Positions 10,908 to 22,808 of a stretch of DNA of 64,000 nucleotides are shown here, one piece after another. This stretch comes from Ptychomitrium polyphyllum (lineage: Eukaryota). The notes beneath the pieces were generated by a model. The model had not been told where the DNA came from, ran no database searches, and saw only the letters and a program-made list of their open reading frames with translations. The stretch covers positions 12,524,001 through 12,588,000 of the forward strand of contig OZ316776.1 in NCBI GenBank assembly GCA_973851085.1, in the 5' to 3' direction. A program made the position numbers and the translations under genes. Numbering within the stretch: the stretch's first letter is position 1; each line of letters begins with the position of its first letter.

Positions 10908-13449
10908 GGGCTCCTTTGGTACAACTTGGCTTAGATTGTTTTGTAATAAATCTGACTATCATTTTGAACAAACAATATATACAAAATTTTGTTTTTTGTC
11001 TTGACGATATCCATTGCTGCGTTCAAAGAATCAAATGTGGAAATTTTACTGCTAGCTTTCCTCTTTTTTTCATTATCTGGCCATTGAAACTTGGAATTAA
11101 ATTTAATTGACAGGAAGTACTTGGTTTAAAAGATACCAACTTCCAACTGCAATAACACAATGTCATATCACCGCATTAGATGTTCAGTTTCATTTCCAAC
11201 TTATCCATTTTTAAATCTAAATTTTGCAACCTTGAAGCTCCCATGGCACATCCAATACAATTGTATGGCAAAAATATATGTAACAGAAATAATATCCCTA
11301 CTATAAACTATTAAAACAAGTGGAAGAATGTTGCTTTTATAGACGGCTGCAACGTCATTGGTGTCATGGCCATCTTCCATCCAAGATAGGGTACCATCAT
11401 CACCCTTGTTTCCAATTCCAGTCAAACTTACCTTTTAATACTCAGTGCTTGTCCGGCTTGTATTTGCCCAAATTTTAAGAAGATGAAAATAGCAATTCTA
11501 GAAAGGTCAAAGAAGTAGATTCTATGTAAGCACTTATATTATATATTTAGATATAATAGCAAGTTGAAATACGCCAACCATTTCTTCATACATAGCCTCA
11601 CTTTCCACTTTTTTAAAATGATATAAATGCTTGAATTCTGCAGTATTGCTTAAGCCAAGGAATTTGATGTTGTGGTGCTCTAAAAATCCTTCCATTACCT
11701 CCTACCTTATGTTGTTTCTCATTTGCAATCAAATGTAAGGTTTAAGTGCTCTCACAAGCATGGGCTCCAATTTATAATTCCCTATGCCAACAACTTTATT
11801 TATAATATAAATTTGTCTATAATTTTAAGTCTTTTTACATTGTCTTCCTCATTTTTTCTTCTCATGACATTCTATGACTAATTTGTTTATATTTTCTAAA
11901 TTTTTGGAAGTAAACTTTGGAAAATTTGATTGATTTCAACCTATTGCCATAAAACACTTGCATATTAATGCTCACTCCTCACATCTTAGTGCTCAATGCT
12001 TACATCTCTTGGCTCACATTTCACTGCTTACTATTCATTGCTCACATCATATTTACATCCATTATGGTATATGTAAGATTTTTTATAAACTTAGTAACTT
12101 GCTCATAAGAAGAACATTTTAAGATGTGTCAAATTCTAAGGCATGTATAAAAAGTAAGACAAAAAAATAAGTTTTATAAAAAAATAATATAATTTTTTTG
12201 TGATGTAGGTTTAAAAAGGTCATTAATACTACTAAAATGGGCAAAGAAAAAAGGAAAAATGTAGGAAAGATAGCTACTTCAAATAATATCCTTAATAAAT
12301 CCTTAAATGTTTATAATTATAAAAAGGCAACATTCAAAGGACCATCATTCTTGTATTATAATTAATTTGCTTATTCTACTACCATAATTAGTATGATATA
12401 TTATACTCTTGCTTGGTTGAAATCAACAAAGGTACAAATTCCATTGATACATTAACTAACTAAGACACTAGAGTTAAAAAGCAATTGTGCTTCTTATATG
12501 TCAATCACAACATTTTCTTGTATATATTTATTACACAATAAGATAATTTATTCTTTTAATTTTCTTATAAAGTAAATCTAAATCCAAGAATTATAATTTG
12601 ATATTATGATATTTATCAGGAAAACCTACAAAGCATATTATTACATTAATAAGATTCTAAAATATCTAAGTATATCTTTACATTTGATACTTTTTATTTT
12701 ATCTAGGCGTATCTTCCAGCATACTTATATATCAGGACACTATCACCAACATTTTTCTTTCATAAATTTTCTAACTGCTAAGAGCATTTCATGCATAATA
12801 AAAAACCAAATGAATATACCTGAGATTCTACAATTGCTTCTTCTAGCTCAAGAACATTCCATCTTATCATATGTCATTTTTCAATGTTCTCATATTTAAT
12901 TATTGTATAATAAAATAACGTATCTGAATACAAATCCAACTATAATTGCAAGATCTAATCAAGGGATGGTATTAACATCAAGTCTTGTATAACTACGATG
13001 GTACATATGGTTCCCGCTTAACTTCCAAAAGTAACTAACAGAATAAAGATAGGTTCTCAACATATTCACCTAAACAACTAAAACATACACTCTAATAAAA
13101 ATTCAAGCTCATAGAAGACCTACAACAAACTCCAATTACAAAATTTGCCAACACCTTAGCAAATACGAATTCCAAACGAAAGCCGTTTCATTCATACTAT
13201 GCTATCCAATGATTTCCACCCAATCTTCACCCATTATTCCTGCGAAACATTATACTATGATTACTCACTCCTGTCACTTTGACATAGTACCAACCACATC
13301 CCTAAAAAGAAACTCTAAAACAGAAACACTGTACCAAGACAATGTTACTACTCCCAAGACAACCTTACCTCCGCTATACTCCTACTTAAAACAGAAGGCA
13401 GGGTACGTGCAACTCATCGCCGATCGTCACATGCACTCGGTGATCAGCA

Positions 13450-14350
13450 GGCCCAGAGCGCAGCGCAGCGCCCGGTACGAAGTCTCAATAGGTGCCGTGC
13501 AGCAGTCAGGGCGCACGGCAGCCGTGACGGGCGCGCACCGTCACGCAGTACGGGGCTGCGCCGGTCAGCGTCGATGGCCTTGATCGGTCCGGGGACCGGT
13601 TTCCGCTGTTGGGACGCGGCACGGGGCGTGACTGGGGCCGGCGGCTCGTGCGGTCGGGGAATGAGAGATCGCTGCGGGTGGGCGCCGGGCGACACCGGGC
13701 CGCGCGATGCCGGCACTCCGTGGACAGGCGGGTGGGAGCAACCGCAGGGAGACCGCGTCGGCCCGGAGCCGGGCCCGGGCGCCGCATCCGCGCCGTGCAG
13801 AGGGCGCGATCGGACGGCGCCGGGGCGCGGGCAGGGCTGCGGGCGCCGGGGCGAGCAGGGCGCTGGAGGACAGCGGGAGCTGATTTGCTGCGACGACGTT
13901 CGTCGAAACCCTAGCTCGGCCTCGCGAGTGGCGTTGCGCGCGGCTTTTGCACCATCCCTCGCCATGGCCATGCATTGACCGATTCCCACCCCCCGGGGAT
14001 TCTGATTTTCACATTTTCCTTTTTCCCCCCTACCCTCCGAGGCCGGGCTCGAGGAATCGGAATTCAGCGCCGAACCCACCACCACTGGACTTGGAGTGAG
14101 TGCGCTCTACGGTGCGAGCGAGGGGCTCCCGCGCGAGCATCCCCGACCTCGCGGAAGCAGTCGCGCCTTTGACTTGCGCACTCGTCCCCCGCGCCACTGT
14201 ACTGCTCGGCTTTCTGCGCCGAGGACGGAGCCCGAGTGCGCCGTGTCTTGCTGTCGTCGTTCGTTCGTCCGAGGGCGCTGCTCTGCTCTGCTCTGCTCGC
14301 GTGCGGGTGCGGGTGCGGGTGCGGGTGCGCGTGTTGGAGGGACATTAGGG
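13450..14350 (+). promoter_or_regulatory. GC/CpG-rich promoter and 5' leader of PTB copy 1, with telo-box AAACCCTA at 13906-13913 (mirrored at ~28785-29685)
   Basis: Abrupt very high GC content upstream of the gene. Telo-box seen directly. Includes (CTCTG)n and (GTGCGG)n microsatellites at ~14277-14328. TSS not determinable. Confidence 0.55.
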
Positions 14351-14955
14351 TACGTGGTGCGCGGGCTTTTGGCTCCTTTGGAGGGGGTGTGGTTTGGGTT
14401 TCCAATTTCTGCAAATGTTGTCAATTTCGGTGTTATCCCTGTGCGCGGCCATCTCGTGCGGTGGTCGAGGGCAGCGCGTAAGTTAGTGCCGTGATCGTCA
14501 CGGAGGATTTGCATTGCCTGGGGCTTTTTGATTGGTTTCGGTCTCGTGGTCCGGAGCACCGTGGTTCTGGTGCGCTCGTTGGCGGAGTGGAGCGGGGCTG
14601 TGCATTCTGCTTGGCATGAATGCTAATTTCATTGCTGCTGTTCTCTGAGGAGTGTGGGTTTTGGTCGTGCTCTCATTTCCGTCGTCTGCCTGTTTGAAGA
14701 AATTGGTTGCTGAAGTGCGAGTTTTGTTGGGCTTTTTGTTTGTGTACGTCGCCTCCTCAAGCTCCACCTTCTACCCTGCACGTCTTCTCGGGAGATCCCC
14801 CGCCTGTTCTCGGTTGTGCGTGGGTCTCAGGGCGCTGGTGAGGGTGACTGTTTGATTCTAAGTGAGCACATCTACGCTAGCTCCTTGATAGTTTCTGCGT
14901 GCGTCATTCGTTTCAGGTACCAGAAACGCGGGGGAATCTTAGGGTTATCTGCTGG

Positions 14956-14982
14956 TGCGTGCGTGCGTGCGTGCGTGCGTGC
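14956..14982. repeat. (GCGT)n microsatellite (mirror ~28153-28179)
   Basis: tgcgtgcgtgcgtgcgtgcgtgcgtgc. Confidence 0.9.
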
Positions 14983-16151
14983 CTGCCCTCCCTGCGTGTA
15001 GTTGTGAATAAGGAAGCCCGCGGACGGGGGATATTTACCGCTCTAGCGATTTTGGTGAGTTGTTGAAAATTTCTGCTCCTGGCTTGGCTGGTTCCCATGC
15101 TCTTCTCCTTCTCCGTCTCCTTCTTCTGATTCCAGAATTGAGTGGACAACTGACAGCATATGTGGCCTTCCTGCAAGGTCAGGAGATCGGCCAAATTTGT
15201 TCGTCTGGGTTTCGAACATCTCGTCCTTGGCCTTGTAGATTCTTATGGCCTGCTCGATTCCTTGGGTGGTCCTGTAGACTCCGGACAGCTTGGCTGTGTC
15301 ATCATCCGGTCGTCCAGGTTAATCTCTGTGCGTGGGTGGTTTGTGGAGTTGGGGAGTGGATACGTGACGCAATCCTGTTTTCCACGTTTGTACAATGCTG
15401 TAGCTGTTCATCTCTCCGTGGTGCAGCCACCGGAACTGTCATCTTGTTGCAATGTTGTGACCATCTTTTGTAGTGCAGCTGCTTGGTGGTTGCCCTGCAA
15501 CCGTCGTGATTGCATTGCTGTTCCTGGCTCCTCGGACTGGTCGTGGGAGCCGCTCTCATGCCTGCCATGCTACCCTTGAGTTGCTCTTTGTTTTGCCAAC
15601 AGTAGTATTCATTTCATGTATTTTATGTTGGTGCAATCGGGGGGTGTCACCGCGACCACACAACAGATTTCGAAAGACCAAACCTCTGTCATCTCTCTTC
15701 TCTCTCAAGCAAATACATTATGAGGCACCCTATCAGGCATTTGCAAGGTGGGACCGTGTCTGGTGTACGTGGCCTTGATTTCTGGTGGTTTTGGGTTGTT
15801 TAAATTTTTTTTATTCCCTCCTTTTCTCCTTGTGAAGTGTGTGGTATTGTCCTTCCTTTCTGTGGCAAAGTTGTACTGTGAGGAAACGGTGTGAGAGGTT
15901 GATGTGATCTTTGGAATCGTAGTCAAGGGGAAGTGATCATTGTGTAGGTTTCAGTGGGAGGAGACCAGCGTGGTTGATCTGGTGACGATAGCACTGAGTA
16001 TATGTATCTACTGGTCGGAACGGCTGCTTGACATGAGACATGTAGACAGGCTCGCACAGCGTTGGTGTTGATTCACGGTTTGAAGTTGTTAGAGAGGAGT
16101 CTGATGATGTGTAGCGTGGTTACGTGTGCAGCGCCTGCTGCGAACGTCAAG

Positions 16152-19100
16152 ATGACCGAGCCTTCAAAAGTGCTTCACATACGAAATGTGGGTCCTGAGA
16201 TATCAGAGGTACGTTATTTCTGTTTTTCTCCACCCTTCTCTGTACACATTGAGAATTTGGTGGCCTTTGGAATTTTGTTATGGATGAGGTCATTTTCCAT
16301 GCACTCGAGAGGAGACTGATTTGCCTGTCGTGCAACTAATTGGGACGTGCAGAGAGTGGTCCCGACCTTGGATTACGGTTGTGGTAAGGGTGCCCCAAAA
16401 GGATTTGTGGAACGCAATCAAGGAGCCCTTGTTAATGTTCTGATTTGTCAATTCTTTAATTCGTCTTATGTTGTTTTGATTTTCAGCATGACCTTCTCCA
16501 GCTGGCCCAGTCGTTTGGAGTGGTGCAGAAAGTGGTTATGTTGCGCGCAAAGAATCAGGCATGTGTTGACAGTTGGGGCTGAGTCTGAAACAAAGTCGAA
16601 GCTTGCCGTTCAGTGTTCTCTTTGGGTAGATTGGCCTATTCAGTGTGATGGAATCGTGAGTATGGAGTGCCCGCTTTTGAGCTGTATGGTAACAATGTTG
16701 CTCGGGTGGCTCATTGTTTTGGCTTTGATTTTGGTTGTGCAGGCTTTGCTGCAGATGCAGGACATTCCGTCTGCCCTCAGCGTGATGCAGTACTACACTT
16801 CGGTGCAACCCAGTGTGCGGTAGGTTGTGGAATTAGTGGACCTGTGGAGTTATGTTGTGTTTGGGCAAATCGTAGGCATTGCAGTATTGGGCGCACAGTT
16901 GGGAGCGGCTCATATCACGTGTTCTTACTGCATCCGTGGTGGTTGTTGGTGGGGATGTGCAGGGGTAGGAATGTGTACATGCAGTTCTCTTCACATCAGG
17001 AACTAACTACCCCAGACCAGAATGGGCAGATGAGGCGGTTACCTGCAGAGCAGGTCAGGGTTCGATATTCACCCTCCCTCTTTAGAGTGCATTCCTCCTG
17101 ATGGTTGTCCCTGGGTATGTGAGTCATCACCTTCCTTGAAGGCAGAGCTTGGTCTCTCTTTTGCTTGACTTTCTTCTCTTGCTTCTCTCACTTCTTTTCC
17201 TCCTTCCTTCTACCCATGCTGGGGAAATGTTGGACTTGTCTCTGCTTTGCTATTCTCCAGGAACTGCTGCCCAATCGAATTCTTTTAATTACCATACACA
17301 ACCCGCTTTATCCTATCACCGTGGATGTGCTGCACCAAGTGTTTTCCCCTCATGGCTTTGTCGAGAAGATCGTCACCTTCCAAAAGTCAGCTGGTCAGCT
17401 TCTCTTCTGTCTTCACTATCTTTCTTCCCTCTGCCTTTGTGGACCGTTTTCTTTTCTTTTCCTTCTCCTTCTCCTTCCCCTCTTGTCGTTCGCGGAGCCA
17501 TGTCAGTGCGTGTGATGAGGTGCATCCGGGGGCATCTAACAGGCTGGAACAATATATGCTAGGTGTGTCGATTGGTTGCAAAGGTCAGAGAGCGAAGGAT
17601 ATGTGGCGTAAGGCATTGGGTGTTTAGGCGAAGTATGGTGTGCATGTGGAAGGGGTTGTTCGCATTGTAGAAGCAGGTCGAGATGCGGTGCCTGGCAGAT
17701 GATTGTCTCGTGTTTCTTTTCCTCCGTTTTCTGTTTTTTTTTTCCTTTTGTTTTTCTCTTGCCTTTGCCTACGCCTATGCCTGCGCCCTTCTACCAAACA
17801 AACATACTTTTGTTGTGTACCAGTCCATCAATGGGGGTCTGACCGAGTGGTGTGAAATTGTGTGCATGGGTGCAGGCCTTCAAGCTTTGCTGCAATACGC
17901 GTTGCAGATCAGTGCAACGCAAGCCAGAAACACGTTGCAAGTAGGTGGTGTGGTTGGGTTGTGTGCTTGTTTGATGTCACATCATCTCTGGCGCATTCCT
18001 GAAAGACGAGGATTGGTCCTGATTGGAGAGGTGGTTTTGTGTGTAGGGCCGCAATATATACGATGGCTGCTGTACGTTGGACATCCAGTTTTCCAAGTAA
18101 GCGCTTGTCGCATGGTCCTGAGTTAGTGTAGTCCAGCATGTGCGTGGTCGTTTGATTTGTGCAATCCCATGTTACGATGAAGGAACGGAACTTGGTAGGA
18201 AGGATTTGCCCGGAAGAAAAGAAGAGTCGATTCTCGTCCCGGGTTAGAGACGATGCTGATGCAGTGCTTTGATGTTGTCCAGCCTCCAGGAGCTGCAGGT
18301 GAATTACAACAACGAACGGACGAGGTATGTTTCTGACCGGTGTGTTCCATTTGAGAAATCAATCGTCACGGTCCAACGGAGGAGTGGGTTTACAGGGGCT
18401 GTGAATGGCGATATGCTGTGAAATAAGCAACGCTGTAGCTTGGCGGTGGATGCTCTGATAGAGCCGTAGATGCATAGAGGATTTGGGGCTTTGGTAGAGG
18501 CTACGGAAAGCTATTGTTGGGAGACTCATTGAGTCTGAGTTCATGAATGGGGTGGGCGTGGAGTGGGTTTTATGTGTAATTTGGAGGCGTTGGACTGTCC
18601 AGCCGATTCTGCTATGCCCAATGCCCATAGGTGTTTTGAAGGATCGCCCTGATCCGAAGGCTGAAGGTTTTGGGAATGTTGGGTTGCAGGGATTTCACTA
18701 ATGCTGCTTTGCCGTCAGAACAGTCACGACCGGGGAATCCTGGCAATAATATCATGGTACGGTCCAGTCGTTTTTGTAGGTACTATTTTGTATTTTCAAG
18801 TCCGGGTGTGCACATGTGGTGTATGAAATTTTAGAGAGTGGCGAGTGGCGAGGGTCGTTAGTTGTGTGCAATGCGGTGCTTGGTCTCTGGCATCCCCGAG
18901 GTACTGGAACCGGCATGTGAATCGGCATTGCGGAGCTTGGTTGATGAGGTTCGTTCATGCGTGTAGTGTAGTCATGCGAGCCACCGGTGGATGGTGGTAT
19001 GTGCATGTCTAACTGGGGGGTTTCGCTGGTGCAGTCTTCACTTTTTGGGGAGGGTGGCAACATCTACAACATGCAGCCGGGCGGGCCCAGGCCTGGTATG

Positions 19101-20326
19101 GACGGAACACCCTGTGGTGGGGTGCGTGTGAGTATCGTGAGTGGGTTGTGCGTGGGTGCTGTTGTATCTTTTGGCGCTGACACGGGTGTGAGTTGGATTG
19201 TGTGGAGCAGGAGGTTATCAGCAGTCGGGAGGGCATCCGTCACTTGGCATGAATTCTTACCAGGTAAGCTGTGACGTTTCCAAGGAGGAAGTAGACGCGG
19301 CTTGTCGTGTTAAGTTAGTCTGGATTGCTGGTAGTGGTTGATGGTACCCGGGAAGAAGTGAGGAATGTGGTATGATTGTTGTGTATAGGTCCCGATGGGT
19401 GGGGCATCTGCGGCGGCTGCGGCGTTTGGTGGTGTGCTTCCTCCGGGTATCACAGGCACCAACGATAGGAGCACACTCCTGGTGTCGAACCTTGTGCCAG
19501 AGGTGAGTTGGGGGATGCGCTTGAAATGATGGACATGTATCTGCGCTTGTTGGGCACATGAGAGGCTTGTGAGGGCGCTAGTGGAGGACAGTTTGGAGTT
19601 GAATGAGATTTGCTGGCCAAGGCTAACGGTATTGAGGTGGGCGATACTGTTGGCAGAAAATCGACGCAGACAAGCTGTTCAACCTCTTTTCCAACTATGG
19701 GAACATTGTGCGTATCAAGATTCTTCACAACAAGCCCGACCATGCTCTGATCCAAATGGGGGATGGATTTCAAGCTGAGCTGGCTTTCAACTACCTGAAG
19801 GTGCACATGCTGATTGGGGTCCCTACTGTTATTGTGTCAGGCGTACATGGCTGCCAGTCGGACTTCGTTTTGAGCTTTCTCTCTTTCTGGGTTACGGAAG
19901 GTGGGGTGAGTCTCTTAGGTTGTTGGAAATGTGCAGGGTGTGACGCTGTTTGGGAAACGGATGGACGTGAACTTCTCAAAGCATGCGCAGATCAACCCGT
20001 CGCCGGATACTTCGGATTTCTCTTCCTCTCCTCTGAATCGGTTCAACCGCAATGCTGCAAAGAACTACCGGTACTGCTGTGCACCGACGAAGATGATTCA
20101 TGTATCCAGCCTGCCATCAGATATCGCTGTGGACGACATCAGAGAGCACCTCTCCACGCACGGCACGGTGGTGAATGCAAAGGTGTTTGAATCCAACGGC
20201 AAGAAGCAGGCTTTGGTACATTTTGAGAGCGAGGAACAAGCGACAGAGGCGCTAGTATGCAAGCATGCGAGCCAACTGCAGAATAACACCATTAGGCTGG
20301 CATTTTCAAAGCTGGCTTCTGTGTAG
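16152..20326 (+). CDS. PTB3: Polypyrimidine tract-binding protein, PTB3 type (4 RRMs), copy 1; 14 coding exons, 471 aa
   Basis: Exons 16152-16208, 16487-16558, 16743-16819, 16963-17053, 17261-17393, 17876-17940, 18047-18096, 18283-18324, 18690-18756, 19035-19095, 19211-19263, 19389-19502, 19657-19800 and 19937-20326 join in frame (1416 nt). MTEPSKVLHIRNVG, YPITVDVLHQVFS, GRNIYDGCC and NRFNRNAAKNYRYCC match plant PTB3. Confidence 0.95.
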
Positions 20327-21338
20327 GTGTATTTTATCAGTGTAGCTAGGTCTGTAGCACCAGAGCGTTGGCCACAATTTTGTAGCTTGGGAGAGTATCT
20401 ACGAGAATCGGTTACAGTATGTTGTTCTAATTTAATGCCATATAATTATTGGATGCCTATGGTAGTGCCCTAAGGGATGGTCCGTCTTTTGTGCCTGCGG
20501 AAATAGTTGTGTTGAGTGGGGATTTTTTCCGGTCGTTCTGCCTTGCGTTGTAACTGGTTGGCGCTGTTGAGGTGATTGTCGGTGGTGCATTACGTGCGTT
20601 TTCTGGGATTTCGTGTTCGACGCGATGGTTTACTTGATGGAGTTTTGTCTTTGTGGTGTACTGTGCGTTGAAGCCGGTGGCAACGTGTACGATTGGATCG
20701 ACTTGCATTTGGTGAATTGTTCAAATGATGTGACTTGCAATTGCATATCTGCATTGTTTTCAACTCAATCAGCAACAGGAAAGGGGAGTTGGATCCCACC
20801 AACTCATCAATAATGTGGAGGACTCTGGAATGCAGTCACTATCTATGTAGTGCGGTCTTCATCGAGTATTCATGAAGATGTTCTTGAATGAGTCTTCGAA
20901 GTTCTAGAGATATGTGGAGCATGTTGCAGCCACCTCTATGAGCGTGGTGAAGAGTGCTCACGTTTTAGTTTTCTGATGTCCATGCCAGGAGCATGTTCAA
21001 GGGCGATGTAGAAAAGGTGCTAATGTCTTTGTTTTCAGGACATGTAACTGATTTGAAATTGTGCATCCTCAATATAGGTTTCTTCTGAGGCAAGTGGGAT
21101 AACTAAAGACATTTCTATCGGGTGGAAGTCAGTTGTTTGCTAAGGATGTAGTGGATTTTTGTTTGAGGGTGTGCGGGATTTTTTGAGAATGAGATTTGAC
21201 ATCTGTCATAATTCAACAACGTCAATCAAAGAATAACACTTGGTAGGGGACAGTATGTTACATATGAACATCTGAACAAATTAAGTGAGGACTGTTTTTT
21301 TATTGTAATTCCTTGATTCATAAAGGTTCTTAAGTACA

Positions 21339-21438
21339 NNNNNNNNNNNNNNNNNNNNNNNNNNNNNNNNNNNNNNNNNNNNNNNNNNNNNNNNNNNNNN
21401 NNNNNNNNNNNNNNNNNNNNNNNNNNNNNNNNNNNNNN
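21339..21438. other. Assembly gap (100 N placeholder)
   Basis: Run of exactly 100 N. Mirror symmetry implies a true length of 80 bp (reverse complement of 21717-21796). Confidence 0.98.
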
Positions 21439-22808
21439 TATCACCAGCTTATTTCTTTGCATAGCCTTGTTCTTATCAAGTCACTCCACCCTATTTTGTA
21501 AAATTGTGGTTTTGATTGAAAAAGCAAGGATAAGCCAAAAAGCTCATCCATGGTAGAATCCATGTAACATGGATTCTACCAAATCAGTTACATGGATTCT
21601 CCAATGGATGAGCTTTTTGGCTTATCCTTGCTTTTTCAATCAAAACCACAATTTTACAAAATAGGGTGGAGTGACTTGATAAGAACAAGGCTATGCAAAG
21701 AAATAAGCTGGTGATAGTATCTTTCACCATGGACTCCTTTCACCCTCAGTGCTACTGGTTGTTGAAATTATTTACAAAATAATGAGACAAAATATTTGTA
21801 CTTAAGAACCTTTATGAATCAAGGAATTACAATAAAAAAACAGTCCTCACTTAATTTGTTCAGATGTTCATATGTAACATACTGTCCCCTACCAAGTGTT
21901 ATTCTTTGATTGACGTTGTTGAATTATGACAGATGTCAAATCTCATTCTCAAAAAATCCCGCACACCCTCAAACAAAAATCCACTACATCCTTAGCAAAC
22001 AACTGACTTCCACCCGATAGAAATGTCTTTAGTTATCCCACTTGCCTCAGAAGAAACCTATATTGAGGATGCACAATTTCAAATCAGTTACATGTCCTGA
22101 AAACAAAGACATTAGCACCTTTTCTACATCGCCCTTGAACATGCTCCTGGCATGGACATCAGAAAACTAAAACGTGAGCACTCTTCACCACGCTCATAGA
22201 GGTGGCTGCAACATGCTCCACATATCTCTAGAACTTCGAAGACTCATTCAAGAACATCTTCATGAATACTCGATGAAGACCGCACTACATAGATAGTGAC
22301 TGCATTCCAGAGTCCTCCACATTATTGATGAGTTGGTGGGATCCAACTCCCCTTTCCTGTTGCTGATTGAGTTGAAAACAATGCAGATATGCAATTGCAA
22401 GTCACATCATTTGAACAATTCACCAAATGCAAGTCGATCCAATCGTACACGTTGCCACCGGCTTCAACGCACAGTACACCACAAAGACAAAACTCCATCA
22501 AGTAAACCATCGCGTCGAACACGAAATCCCAGAAAACGCACGTAATGCACCACCGACAATCACCTCAACAGCGCCAACCAGTTACAACGCAAGGCAGAAC
22601 GACCGGAAAAAATCCCCACTCAACACAACTATTTCCGCAGGCACAAAAGACGGACCATCCCTTAGGGCACTACCATAGGCATCCAATAATTATATGGCAT
22701 TAAATTAGAACAACATACTGTAACCGATTCTCGTAGATACTCTCCCAAGCTACAAAATTGTGGCCAACGCTCTGGTGCTACAGACCTAGCTACACTGATA
22801 AAATACAC

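Noticed and set aside
10913..13283. Possible transposase relic at the left edge of the palindrome
   Set aside because: Only a vague WP-containing fragment. No catalytic motif, terminal inverted repeats or TSD found.
13444..14560. Many overlapping 100-213 aa Arg/Pro/Gly/Ala-rich ORFs (and mirrors at 28576-29691)
   Set aside because: Expected stop-codon scarcity in very GC-rich promoter DNA. They occur in all frames and have no domains.
21439..21716. 278-bp hairpin as a MITE or miRNA precursor
   Set aside because: It is the innermost part of the giant palindrome and has no TSD.
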